Shown: piece by piece, positions 37,901 to 52,400 of the stretch
Layout of the letters: the number at the start of each line of letters is the position of its first letter
Position numbering within the stretch: position 1 is the first letter of the stretch
Origin: Catajapyx aquilonaris
Lineage: Eukaryota
Reading direction: 5' to 3'
DNA length: 64,000 bases
Assembly: GCA_000934665.2 (NCBI GenBank)
Contig: JYFJ02001991.1
Location: forward strand, 1-64,000
Program-made: the position numbers and the translations under genes
The notes under the pieces: model-generated
Database searches by the model: none
Told to the model about the DNA's origin: nothing
The model's input: only the letters and a program-made list of their open reading frames with translations

Positions 37901-40900
37901 AACTGTTCCCTCAGGACTTTTCGTATAAACCCAAACACTGAAAGGGGAAGATGAAGGGAGCGAATTTTCGGAATTGACGCAATTATGGAGCTTTTCCTTC
38001 CGTTTCTGATTTTTAGAACTCAAGTTTCTTTGAGTCTGTATGTAGAGAAGGTAAAGAAGAAAGAAATAACCAGTTGGATACAAAAACCCACAGTTAGGGC
38101 TCAGTTTATTCAGAAAAATTATATGGCAATGCGACCGTGCCTGGCAGGGACGGTAACGGCCACACCAAAGCACCACAGATAGGCTACACCACGAGTGTTC
38201 AGTTTAAAGCGAATCCACGGTATGCAGAGAAGGTAAAGAAGAAGGATATTGCACCTGCACAAGAGTCCCCCCCCCCCCTCATTATCTCTATCTTGTCCCC
38301 TGCCCCGGATGGTGGTATTCCACTCCCCTAAGAGGGCCTAGGGACCTAGCACGGGGTACAACAAAAAGAAGAAGAAGGAGGAGGAAATATAACCAGTTGG
38401 ATACACAACCCACAGTTACTCAGTTTATTAAGAAAAATATCTGGCAATTCGACCGTGCCTGGCAGGGACGGTACTGCACAGAGTGTTCAGTTTGAAGTTT
38501 ACCAGGAGTTGGCTAACTTATACCAATATGGTAGGGTTATGGGAGAATGAAGTACAAGAGTAGCTAATACTACTATATTACAGTTTTTTGTTGTTGTTGT
38601 TGTACCCCGTGCTAGGGCCCTAGACGCTCTTAGGGGGGTGGAATACCACCACTCGGTGCAGGGGACATGATAAGGATAATGAGGGGGGGACACTAGTGCA
38701 AGTGTAATGTCTCAAGTGGGGGGCGTCGTGTGCTGTCCCTCAGAGGGCCTGGTCGCCAAGATGATTCCCTGGATGAGGGTCAGTAACTCCCCACCGACAC
38801 CGCACCTCCTCATGGACGGGCCAAGGATAGGAAAGGAAAAAAGCAATCCCGGAATTCTCCTAGGGGGACCATGGGAAACAACAGAAAACCACGGTTAGGA
38901 TTGCCGGCCCTGGGACTCTAACCCAGGACCTCCCGATTAGCAGTCGAACACCTTATCCACTCCACCAAACTACTTCGGTTACTATTACAGTTGAATCCGT
39001 ATATAACAGCCTCGGCTATATCATACTTTCGGTTATATCAGACTCAAGATCCCGGCCCCGGAATACTTCCAATATGGTTTGTGTTCGGTTATAACAGACT
39101 GATTTTCGCGGTCCATTGAAGTCTGTTATATCCGGATTAACCTGTATTATTTACAGTATGGTACGTAGAATACAATAAGGAGAAAGAAGGGTAAAGGATA
39201 GTGAGAAAATAGGGCAATACGTCTACCTCGTATGGAAAGCCCCTCGCTCCGGGGGTCAAGTTGGGTAGATAGGGAGAACCGGTAAAGTGTGTCATTGCCC
39301 GGGAGTGGACCTGGGTGGAGGCTACCTGCTTTAACAAGTCGTGTTGAGGCCTAAGTAGAGGCTAGCATATTCTTGGACGGTCTATTTTGCGATCAGAGGA
39401 GAAGTCATAAGTCATACTATATAGCCATTAATTTGGTAGAGTTGCAAAAATGAAGGCAATTTATTCGCACAAAATCCAAAGTCCGGATTTGCCAGTAACG
39501 AGTCCTTGTTAGCATCCCTAGAAATCCTCCTTACGAGACACTCCAAAACTTGTCACACTAACAAACTCACAAATGAACAAAAGAAAAAAAATCCTTTCCC
39601 ACCATATTAGTTAAGGATTCAAAAGCTATTTTTGTGTAGCTTTTTTTGTATTGGATGTGAATATAGAGGAGCATATTGAATATAGTCTATATAGGAAAGA
39701 GTCAAGATGTGGTTTATGGAACAACTTCCCCCAACACTTGAGCTGGGAAGGAGGATCTTCTCTTTTTTCGTTATTGATATTGCTGAGGGCGCAGGGGGCG
39801 CTTCCACTTTTTGGGGCTCAAACCTGTTTCAAAAGATGGTGTTGCAGGACCCTGGAGTTGCCTACTTCAGCCGGATCTTGACATATGAAAATTTTCCGGG
39901 GGTATTTTCGTGTAGGATATGGGGATACCACAGATGACATGGGCTTCCTCGTGGAAAGAAATTTGTTTGGAAAATGTCATTTATTTATTTTTAAATATAT
40001 ATTTAGTCAAAATTTTAAGCTTGAAAATTAAGGCAGATATGCTGATTCATAAAAAATATTTTGATATTTAAAAAATATCTGCCATCAATAAGATGGGTCT
40101 ACTTGGGGAAGAAAATCGAAAAAAAAATCAAATTTTTAATTTAAAAATTATATACTTATTTAGTCAAAATTTTAAACATGAAAATTAAGATATGTTAAGA
40201 TTCAGAAACATATTTTGCATTTTAAAAAATCTGCCACAGATGACACGGTGAGAAGAAAATCGGAAAATTTTCAAAAAAAAAATTAATTTAATTTTTTAAA
40301 TATATTTAGTCAAAATTTTCACCATGATTATTAAGTAAGATTTATTAAGATTCAGAAAAAAATATTGTGAAATTTTTATACTTTCTTGTCACAGATGGCA
40401 TGGACTTTGGTTATAAGAAATTCGGGAAAATGTCGATTTAATAATTAAATGAAAATCTTCACGGCTAATTTTCATAAAGAGTAATGAGATATTTTGAAGA
40501 ATATTTTTTGGCAAAAACTTGACATTATTTTTGACTATTATAAAACATTATAAAAAATGAAAAAGCATTATTCACCTTTAAGAAAATTAGTTAGACGTTT
40601 ACAACATAATAGTTTATGTATAAAATGGCTACCTTTTCCATATTGATTTGGACTGAACGTCCAATAGCAAGATATTTTGAACAAGTCCTTCAAAAATATG
40701 ATCATTTGACTCTGAATCGATATTTGAGTCCAATATCAATACATATTATAAAATGAATTATGTGTTCACTAATTTTTCCTAAAAATTGCGAAATGTTCAC
40801 AAAATTTCTGGCAGTTATATACAAAGCTGCTACTTTTAAAAAAAATTATATTTTAACATGGGTTGAACGTCCAGTAACGAGATACAGTATTTTGAACAAA

Positions 40901-43423
40901 AGCTTCCTCCATACAAAAAGTGAGTTACTCTGATCGCAATCAGTCCAAAATTGTTCGCAAAACACATGCACTTGTACATACCACGGGCTTCAAACAATAA
41001 CCGAATTAAACCCTAGAATCCGCCCCCCCCCCCTCATACAGTAATTATTACCTTTTCAAAGACAAACCCTAATGAAATTACACGCCTCTAGAGCGCATTT
41101 AATATAGTTACAGATTAAATAAAAGGGCTTCCCTTTTTCTCTTGAATTATCTGCGTATGCATTAATTAACATCGACAATTAGAGGGCACAAGCAATGCGT
41201 ATTAGCACTTGTAATCTACTTACAACGTGTGTAATGCAGCTTTGTTCTCTCTGTTTTCGACCAGGATTGGGTTAAAGGTGGCTTATCATCAGTGGGCTAC
41301 AGCCACGTGCCCTCTAAACTTGGTTTTATTCATATACTGTATAGTGCATAAAATGTATTAAAATTATGCACTTAGATGTATTACATTTCATAATTATAGT
41401 GTGGCTGTAATGTGGTTCATAATTTTATTTTGATCATAAGTAACTATATGCAGTAGGTGCATCATTTAATTCAGTAGGCCTATGCACATCGTTTTATTTA
41501 GTAGGCGAATTATTTAATTCAGTGAGTGCATTAGTTTATTTAGTACGTGAATCATTTAATTCAGTCGGTGCACTATTTAATTCAGCCGGTGCACTATTTA
41601 ATTCAGCCGGTGCATTATTTTATTTAGTTAGCAAAGTGTTACTGATCCTGTAGTTACGAAATTATTGTTAGTTCGAATATAATGATTTAAACATCATTTA
41701 AATTTGTTAAAACTGTCAAACAGTTAAAATAGTTTAAGCCGTTATTTTGTTAGAAAATAATTTTATTTAGCCAACAAATTACTGCTTCATTCTTATAATT
41801 ATTTTTTTAGTTCGGAAACTATTTCATTAGTTGGAAAATAATTTATAGTTAAAAAATTATTATCGTTAAGAAATTATTTTGTTTCTAAAGTTCGAAAATT
41901 GTTTAGTTTTTTAGTTAGAAATTATTTATTCCATTAAATATGTGAAAACGGTAAAAACTATTAAAACAGTTAAAATTGCTATTTGGTTAGAAAATAATTT
42001 TACTTCGCTAGTAAAATTAATTACTATATTTCGATCATACGTATTAGTTTATTAGTTGAAAATATATTATTAGTTTATTCGTTGAAAATATATTATTAGT
42101 TTATTAGTTGAAAATATATTATTAGTTTATCAGTTGAAAATATACTATTAGTTTATTAGTTGAAAATATACTATTAGTTTATTAGTTGAAAATATTAGTT
42201 TATTAGTTGAAAATATTAGTTTATTAGTTGAAAATATTAGTTTATTAGTTGAAAATTTTTCATTAGTTTAAAAATTACCTAGTTCAGTTAGAAAATTATT
42301 AGTTTATTAGTTGAAATTTTACTTTCAGTTTAAAAATTATTTTGTTCAGTTAAATGTGTAACTATGTACATTCAGAGCGTTATTTTTGTGCTTATTCACT
42401 AAAGTGTGTTAAAAATACCATCATTTCAAAGGGTATTCCAGACACTCGTCAGATGATAATCACAAGATCAGGTCATGCTCCTGTAAGCATGACAGACTTC
42501 AAAGGACCTCTTTGGGGAGACAGGTCACGGTATGGGTCACGGAAGGAGCCTGTTCTCACCTTTCGGGAAGTGCTAAAAACAGGTTCTCTTCCTTTCAAGC
42601 CACACACAAAAAAAAACCTGGTTGTTCCCGTCACATTAAGGGGTACTTCCACTTTCTGGTAAGATTAACACCGCGTTGCATATTACATGAATAGCCTCGG
42701 AATGAGACGGGCGCTTAAGTAGTTTAATTATAATGTCTGGCTGTGTAGCTCGTTAAAGCTCCGTCTCTGGGAAATCGTTTAGGAGGTTAGATTGCGGCCA
42801 ACAGATGGCGCCGCTTCTGAGGGGGGGAGAAGACAACTGCGCCATCTGTCCATGAGGCTGTCCCAAGAAATTCGTTGGTTATGCGTACAAACCGTTACAA
42901 ACCGTTATTCCGGTGTGTATTAAAGCTACTTTTTGAAACGTTCCATCATAAATGACTGGCTGGAAAAATGAAGCTAAAAGTGCCGACTAGCTGAGGTTAG
43001 CAAGGGTTACCAAATCGTATTATTTTGCGCCCGGCAAAAAGAGGGGGGAAGGCGGGGAATGGGGAGGAATCTCCCCCCTCCACCACACCCACACTTTCTC
43101 CCCCCCACTGGCTTTGCCCTTTTATGAGGCCCTGAGTGCTTCTGACAATGTAGGCGTTTTTGCTACCCTCTTTAGAAGCTCCGATGTGGTTTTTTGTATC
43201 CTCCCCCCCCCTCCCCCCACCCACTTTCTGTAGCCTTCGACCTCCTGATCTTGATAGTATTTTAGCGAGGTGTCTACGACGACGTCTTTATAACCAGGGG
43301 TATGATAGGCCCAGAAAGGGGACAATTGATACAAGGCTGAGGGGTGATTTGACGTTTATTTTTGGAAGCCATTTTTGGAGTGATAGATGTGACCTTGTTT
43401 GTACAGAGTGTCATAAATCGCTG

Positions 43424-43463
<40 letters not shown>

Positions 43464-46400
43464 GTGATTCTCTGATAGTTTGTAAGTAAGAAAGTGAGTG
43501 AATAAATAAATGAATGAAACATGTATTTATTTACGCGATTCTCTGATAGTTTAAGAAAATGAATAAATAAATAAATAAATAGTTTATATTTATTAGCAGA
43601 GAATCCGTTTTTCGCACGGGTATAAATAGGAATAAAATAAGTATGAAATGGACAAACAAACACAACATATAAATATAAGGTATAATATAAGGTAAATATA
43701 AGGTGTAAGATATAAAAGACATTTATTTATTTACAAGATTCTGCTAGTTTGTCAGTAAGAAAGTAACTAAATTAATTAAAATTAATTAATTAATTTAAGT
43801 GTTTTTCTGCAGGTTTGTAAGAATTAAAGTATATATATAAATAATAAATAAATAAATAGTTTATTTATTTATTTATTTATTAGCAGATAATCCGTTCTTC
43901 GCAAGGGTATAAATGGGCATGAAATGTGTATAAAATTGACAGACAGGCAAACCAGCAAACAAACAAACTTTCCCTTACATACAGCATGTAGATATACGAG
44001 TATAAATAAATACAGTACTAGGAAAACGCTCGCTCTTTTCTAGGCCTACGGCCTGGGGTACCTATTCGGCGCACCATATCGCCGCGGAATGGACAGTTTC
44101 CCCGGCAACCCAACAGGAGTTGTTTACACCCCATTGCGCATGAGTAGAACGCGGGCCAATTGGGGAGGTGGCGGTAACAATATGCGGCGGACCAATCAGA
44201 GGGCTCGGCCAACTCCCGCAAGGATTTTAATATTATAGATAGATATGCGAGTAGAAATAGATACAGCATAGAAATGAAACAGAATGATATAGATACAGTA
44301 TAGTTATAGATATCAAAGTAGATGTAGATATAGACGTAGAAATAGATGTAGACACATATTTATTTACACAATTATGTAAAGAGAAATAGTTATAGATGCA
44401 GTATGGTATATTTGTTTCTTTGCTTGTTTAGACTTTAGAGTTATCGGCATCAACTCTTGCAACAATTCCAGAGGTTTGAGCCCATAAATTGATGCGAATT
44501 CAACCAAAATAATCAAAATCAACAATGATCATATATTATGATCGATACTATCCCTATACTAACAGTCCCACAAAATTACTATCGATCCTCCATAGTTATA
44601 TCCAAAATGTGTCCAGCCAGTGGCCAACCAAAAAAGCCGCAAAAACCAACAATGATGGCGCAGAGTGGCCAGAAGATGTCACCAGCTTCCCCTTCCCCTC
44701 CCTCACTTTTTTTAATTAAAAAAGTAACTTCCCCCACAAGGTGGAGCTTATGGGTAATTAAGGGAAAGCAATCGAGGGGGCTGTTGCTTGGAGAGAGCGG
44801 GAAGTAACATGGGTTCTGGTTATGGAGAAGCAATCCGAAACAGGTGGTGAAGACCTAAGATGCCTCAGCACCAAAATGAAACAGTTTTTTTTTTGTTCAC
44901 TAGTTTTTTTTTGTAAAGCTTGTAGCGGAGGGTAGACTCATACATCATGGTAATTACCACCGACTGACAAATATGGGTTAATCCCGCCCTGGGAAAGGTA
45001 CCGGCTGGTGCTGCCATCCTAAAACCCCATGGCCCTCTCGTACCCTCGCCCAAGGGAAATATTGAAGTTTTGCACTCGAAACAGTGGGTGGGGACAGAGG
45101 CTTGGAAAATCAAGCTTTGAACCAGAGCCAGAGGAAAATCTGGCCAGTGTCCGACCTGGACACTTTAAAATGTGTTTTAGCTAAATTTAGGCTCAATAAG
45201 CAGGTTCAGAGCTGATAGCGCCATCTGGATATGTCTACAGGGTGTCACCAGAAAATGTGGTGGTAGAGGGCGCAGGTGTGAGAATTTTTGCATAAGGAAC
45301 TAGGGTTCGGAAACGCACCCTCACCGAGTTACGCCCCTTTCAAGTTTGCGGCAGGCAGTGTGCATGCGGCGGAGTGACTCTGTGAGGGTGCGTTTCCGAC
45401 CCCTAGTTACTTATGCAAAAATGCTCACACCTGCGCCCTCTACCACAACGTTTTCTGGTGACACGCTTAGGATTAACACCCTGTATATTTGAAAACGGGC
45501 CCTAGAGGAGGCTAGCAAGTCGTGTGAGGGTCTAGGAGGAGGCTAGCCTGGCCTGGTAGAACCAACCACCAAGTTATTTCGTTTTAAAATGTGTTTTAAC
45601 CTAATTTAGGCTCAAAAAGCAGGTTTAGGGCTGATAGCGCCATCTGGATGTGTCTATATTTGAAAGCTGACCCTGGAGGAGACTAGCAAGTCGTGGGAGG
45701 GTCTAGGTGGAGGCAGTCTGACCGGGTAGCACCAACCCACAAGATACTTGTTTTAAAATGTTTTAAGCCACATTTCGGTACCATTTGACCGCCAGATGGC
45801 TCCTAACGGCTCATTTTGGGGCAGATGTGTCTACATTTTGGAGTCGAACCCTGGATGAGGCTAGGAAGTCGTGTGAGGGCCTAATCTGAGGCTAGTCTGG
45901 CAATGTCGCACCAATTCCCAAGTTACTAATGTTTTTAGCTAAATTTCGGCTAAATCTGACCGTCAGATGGCACTTATCAGGTTATCCGCATCATTTCGGA
46001 ACATATCATTGCTTTAAAATGTTTTAAGCCAATTGCTGTAGGCGAAATGATACGGATAACCCAATAAGATCCATCTGACGGCCAGGATAAATTTGGCTTA
46101 AAACATTTTAAAGCAGAATTTGGCCGTTAGAGGGTTCCTAACGGTTAATTTCGGAACACTTGGAGGCTGGGCCTAGAGGAGGCCAGCTAGTCGTGTTGCA
46201 GCCTAGGACGAGGCTCGGAATAAACCGGCCTAGCAGCTATGTCGCAAGTTTAGTCATCCAGAATTAGTTATCTGAAGCCATAGTAGCACAAACTAACACC
46301 GTATGATAATTTCGTCTTTGCCATGGGTTTTCCAGCAACCCCTATATACACTTCTGGGTTTTCGCCGGAAATCAAATAATTCCGGGGGACGAAAACGACA

Positions 46401-49400
46401 CATCCAAAATGGGTCGCCCAAAACCCCATGTCTTTGCAGCCTCCTTATTTGCATAATGTGGTCTCCATATTCGGACCACAATTAACCCTCATCGGCTTTT
46501 GGCGCAAGTTGTCAAGTCGAGTAAAACCTGCGGGCTGGGGAAACGTGGTAAAGGCGGGGGCCAGCATATGTTCTGGGGAATTAAACATGAGGAAACGCCG
46601 AGGGAACCAAGGGGAGGGAAAACCAGGTCTTATCCGTGTTCGCAAATGTAATGACGTCGACAATTGTGGCGATTTCGCGTGTCCGGGACATGAGTCTCAG
46701 CACTGGGATTGTACGGGCTGGAGTGTGCTAGTGACATAGTCATCAAGTCCTAATGAAATGGTTATACACATGAATGGTAGTTACTCATACTTATAGGTCT
46801 ACATCTCACATGTGACATTGCGCGAGTGCACGTTAAAGATCCCCAAATTGGCCAAATTTCCAGGAGGAGGAGGAGGAGGACCACCCCCTGGCGTCGCGTC
46901 GGTGTTGAGCCTAGTGGCAGAAATAGGCCGACGTTAAGCCCCACTGATCAGTCTACATCTCACAAAAACCGTAAATAAGATATCCCTAATAGCCTCTTCG
47001 ATACCCATTAAGGTCACTCAGATTGTCCTAAAGTCCGTTCGATCATCAGGAAGGTCATCCCGACTGTCCTAATGACCATCTGATCATCCGTAATGTCGCC
47101 CTAATCGTCCGAAAGTCTCTGGATCACCCTTAGGGTCTCCCAGATTGCCCTAGAGTCTCTCGATCATTCTTAGGGCCACCCATATCGCCGTACAGTTTGT
47201 TTCGACCATCCCTAAGGCCATACCGATTGTCCTAATGCCATGCGATCATCCGTAAGGTTGCCCTAATCGTCCTAACGTCTCTAGATCACTCCTAGGGTCA
47301 CGCTAGAGTTTCTCGATCATTCTTAGCACCTTCCTAATTGTCCTAAAGTCTCTAAATTATTATTAGGGTCTGCCAGATTTCCATAAAATTTCTCGATCAT
47401 AGTTAGAGTCTGCCTGATTGCCCTAATATTTGTCCTATCATCCTTAATGTCACCCTAATCGTCCTAAAGTCTCTAGATCATTCCTTGGGTCACCCTAATC
47501 GTCCAAAAGTCTCTAGATTATTCCTTGGGTCACCCTAATCGTCCTAAAGTCTCTAGATCATTCCTTGGGTCACCCTAATCGTCCTAAAGTCTCTAGAGTC
47601 TAGATCATTCCTAGGGTCACCCAGATTGGCCTAAAATTTCTTGCTCATTATTAGGGCTTCCCTGATTATCCTAATCACCACCCGATCATCCCCCGAGTGC
47701 CATAAAGTCCATTGATCATTCTTAGGGTCACCCCCATCGCCATTTAGTCTGTTAGACCAACATCAAAATCACCCCGATTGTCCTCAAATTTCTGGATCAT
47801 TCTTAGGGTCACCCTGATAGCCCTAATATCTGCTCGATCATCCTTAGGGCCATACCGATTGTCCTAATGGCAATTCGATCGTTCGTAAGGTCACTCCTAT
47901 CATCTGAATGTCTCTAGATTACACAAGATACAGTCTTTAAGGATTTATCCTCAAGATCGATTCGATCTCTCACATACAATCATGTCCAATGGTGGTAGTC
48001 CACCCCCCTAAAAGGGCTTCGTTCCTTTCAATGTGGTAAAAACAAAACTAACAATCATGTCCATTGTCTCACAGTCGTTAAGGTCGTTTCGATCACCCCA
48101 TGATCACTAAGTGTCTTCAAATTTATCACATCCTGATCATCTAATCAGGCTTAAAATTCTTAAAGGAAGATCCTAGCGGATCGATCACTTCGATCAATTT
48201 CATCAGCCATTAAGGTTTCCTCAAAATGTCCTGGATCGGTCAAAAGGCCCTAAATACCGGTCCCAAGATCGGTCTCCATCTGGACATGAAAAGGGTGGAA
48301 AGAAAACGGCTGACATAAATTGAGTGTCAACTGCCAAACCATCTGAGGGCCTCCCCCCAAAGATGGCCGAAGTACCAAAGTGGCTTGAAAATGGCTGTCA
48401 ACTTCCTGTCCGGATGTATGTACAGTGTCGCTCCAAGTGGAACGATTCATAATCAAAGAGGAGGAACTATTTTCTAAGAGAAAAAAAGAATAAAAAAAAG
48501 GGAGGCGACTTTGGAGTGTGCAAACACCTCCCGTGTTTCAATTTTCGCTTCCGTGGACGCCATTTTGGGGCGAATCAAAAGCCAGTGCAGTGGACGGAAA
48601 GTCATGCATATGAATGGAGGAAGGAAACAGTCCAGAGTGTATAATGTGAGATGGTAGAAAGTGCGGTGGTGTTTGGTGGATCTTCACGTGCCGATGCACT
48701 CTTGCTAACACCGCGATTCCGGTCTATGGAGGATTGCAAAGGAAACTTTAGACTCATTTGCATTCAGGGTGACATAAACTGATGCTGAATTATGGACTGT
48801 ATGGGGTTTGTTCAGAGAGCAAGAATGTGCAGCAAGTGAATGTAGAATGCAGTCAGGTGCAGTTCTCTTGAGATATGAATTAACAGTGCCTCATAAGTGG
48901 TAATGAAATGTACAAAAGCTGCGTACTGGAAATTATTCAATTTTGTCAGATTCATGCATGGTATAGGTGTTGATAGTTTTTCTTTTGCTAGTTCAGATTG
49001 GAATAAACTTTTTCTAACTAGAGAATGAATTATCATTAATCATTGAATAAAATCTATGTAATAATTAAATTAAATATCCTTAATAACAGAATTAATATTC
49101 TGTACAAATTGCACACTCTGTAAGAATCGAAGGAACTATCTGTAAAATTGAATGAATGATTCCAAACAATTGAATGATATTTTCTGTTCAAATTGAATGA
49201 ATATTTTCTGTTCAAATTGAGTGAATATTTTCTGGTCAAATTGAGTGAATATTTTCTGGTCAAATTGAGTGAATATTTTCTGGTCAAATTGAGTGAATAA
49301 TAATCTTCTTCTAATAATAATAATTTTCTGTTCAAATTGAATGAATATTTTCTGTTCAAATTGAATGAATATTTTCTGTTCAAATTGAGTGAATATTTTC

Positions 49401-52400
49401 TGTTCAAATTTAGTGAATATTTTCTGTTCAAATTTAGTGAATATTTTCTGTTCAAATTTAGTGAATATTTTCTGGTTAAATTGAATGAATATTTTCTGTT
49501 CAAATTGAATGAATTCCTAACAATATATTGAATGTATTATTATGTTCAAATTAAATTATTTCATCTGAAACATTTCTGTACATTTTAAAAATTACATCTA
49601 CAATTACAGTAAATCTGTGAAATAAAACTAATTTTAAGAGATGAATATAATTATTTTATAAATTAAGTTATAAAGATTTTCTATGAAATTTAAATGAATT
49701 TTAGGTCAAATTAAATTACTGTATCTAAAATTTTACTGCAAATCTTTGAAAATTTCATTTATAATTGTAGTAAATATGTGAAATAAATCGAATTTTTAGT
49801 TGAATATGTTTATTTCATTCCTTAAGTAGAAAGAAGTTTCTATGAAATTTAAATGACTTTTTGGTAAAGTTGAACACATGATGTATAAATAAATTTATTG
49901 AAATAGAATGAGTTTTTTCTTCTTCTAAATATTGCAAAAATTAACTTTCGAGATATTTTCTACAACTTAATTTCCACATAATATTTTACTACACCTATTG
50001 CCATCAGATGTATGCACAAGTAGTTCTAACTTCAAGCATATCCACCTTACAAATCCTACCTCAAATAGTCAGACATTTTGGCCCACATTTCAATTCCACC
50101 CCACAAAATTTTAGACATTCCAAGAAACGCGAACAATAGTCTCACCAAAATCACAAAAAAAACCACAGGGTGTGCCAAAATTTCCTTCCAGGTTAATTCA
50201 TGCCCTTCGTTTTTCAAACTTTTTTTTTTTGACCAAAAAAAAAATCTTTCTCTCCAGCAACTTTGTCGATGTGTTCTCTCCAAGTTCTAATGCAAAACTG
50301 GGATTGTCATGCAAATCTGTGCTCATCGAATGGGTGGGGGAAAGCGGGGGATGGGATGTTCCTCCCCACATTTTTTTCCCTTCAAAAAAATTCTGCAAAG
50401 CTGTTCCTCTACATCTCCACCTTTTGCTTATGCATGCTCCAGTTCTCCTTGCCAGTTCCAGCCTCTCCGATCCACTTTCAACATTTTTTTTCTGTCTTCT
50501 ACGCCACTCCCCACTTTTTTGTGGAGGGAAGAAGCGGGGAGATGGAGAAGATCCCGCCGCGTGAGATTTGCAGCTAATAAACAGAGTGCCGGAGGGGGCA
50601 AGTCGTCTCACCGCCCTGGAATCATATTTTGGAAAGCCTTTGCCATGTGGACAAAATTTCGTTTTTTTTCCAAGATGGAGACAGGCAGGATATTCCAGGA
50701 TGTCTGAAGAGGATGGTCTAGAGAGGTCTAGAGTCTATACCTAGCAACGAGTGACCTTCAGTTGGGTCTGGATATCCAGGAAAGTTTCAGGCCAAGAGAC
50801 CAAATTGAATAAATTTTAGTGAAAATTGAATGAATTTTAAGTGAAAATTGAATGAATTTTAAGTGAAAATTGAATGAATTTTAAGTGAAAATTGAATGAA
50901 TTTTAAGTGAAAATTGAATGAATTTTAAGTGAAAATTGAATGAATTTTAAGTGAAAATTGAATGAATTTTAAGTGAAAATTGAATGAATTTTAAGTGAAA
51001 ATTAAATGAATTTTAAGTGAAAATTAAATGAATTTTAAGTGAAAATTGAATGAATTTTAAGTGAAAATTAAAGGAATTTTAAGTGAAAATTAAAGGAATT
51101 TTTAGTGAAACTTAACTAAATTTTGAGTGAAAATTAACTAAATTTTGAGTGAAAATTAACTACAATTTTAGTGAAAATTAACTACAATTTTAGTGAAAAT
51201 TACATAAATTTTTAGTGAAAATTACATAAATTTTTAGTGAAAATTACATAAATATTTAGTGAAAATTAAATAACTCTTTAGTGAAAATTAAATACATTTT
51301 AGTGAAAATTGAATAGATTTGTAGTGAAAATGGAATAAATCTGTAGTGAAAATTAAATACATTTTAAGTGAAAATTGAATAGATTTTTAGTAAAAATTGA
51401 ATAGATTTTTAGTAAAAATTGAACAATTTTAAGTAAATATGTAATTACTTTTTGGTAAAATTGAATTAATTTTTAGTGGGAATGAATTAATTTTAGTAAA
51501 AATTCAGTTAAATCTGAGTAAAAATGTAGTAATATTATTTCGTAAATATTTAGAACCATCCAGTAAGAATTTAGTTAATTTTTAGTAAAAATTGACCAGG
51601 GATAGGGAAGGAAGGAAGCGGCTGTGGCCTATTTTTACGGAAACGATCCCGGAATTATCCTGTAGGGGACTATGGAAAACCATGGTCAGGGTCGCAGGCC
51701 CCGAGATTCGAACCCAGGACATCCCGATTAGCAAGTGGGCTCTTTATCACCTACACCAACATATAACGATATACTAGATATATTTTGGTTTTGTAGCTAA
51801 ATATTTGTACTATTATATAGCTGCTATATTTAAAAAAAAGTTTGCCAAAAAAGTCAGGAAAATTCTCAAAAACACCTAATTCTGACTCACTTTCGACCAA
51901 AATCCTGACTCTGATCCTCTTCTAATCCGGATACAACCTCCAAGTCATCATACACCGGAACTAGAGGGCTCTGTCTTCCCACCAACAATTAGTATGAAAC
52001 ACCACCTAATAAACTTACTCCCTCCTTGACTGACGCAAATCCTAGCAAAGAAAAGCCAGGGGTAGGGCATAAATTTTGCTCCTACATCATCTGGAAGGGG
52101 GGGAGAGGCTTAGTAATGCAGTAATGAGCAAGGAGGGTTGGGGGAGAGGCGGGGTGAGTCATCGAGAAGGGAATTATGCATCTGTCACATCGGATTTGCT
52201 CTGGTGGCAAGTGTACGAAAACCATGAGGGGAAGAGGAAATGGAAGTGCGACAGACCGTGGAAGGACACTTTTTCTGTGTCCGAATGGACATTGACAATG
52301 TAACCCTAGGTGGACAGACTGGTAGTTCGGAAATTTCCGTTAAAAACGGTACAGGATGTACCAAAATGCGAAAAAAAATCATCATTCAGTATGTTTAAAG

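Noticed and set aside
49054..49531. ORFs with RKYSLNLN / EYFLFKL repeats
   Set aside because: Translation of a 24-bp tandem repeat
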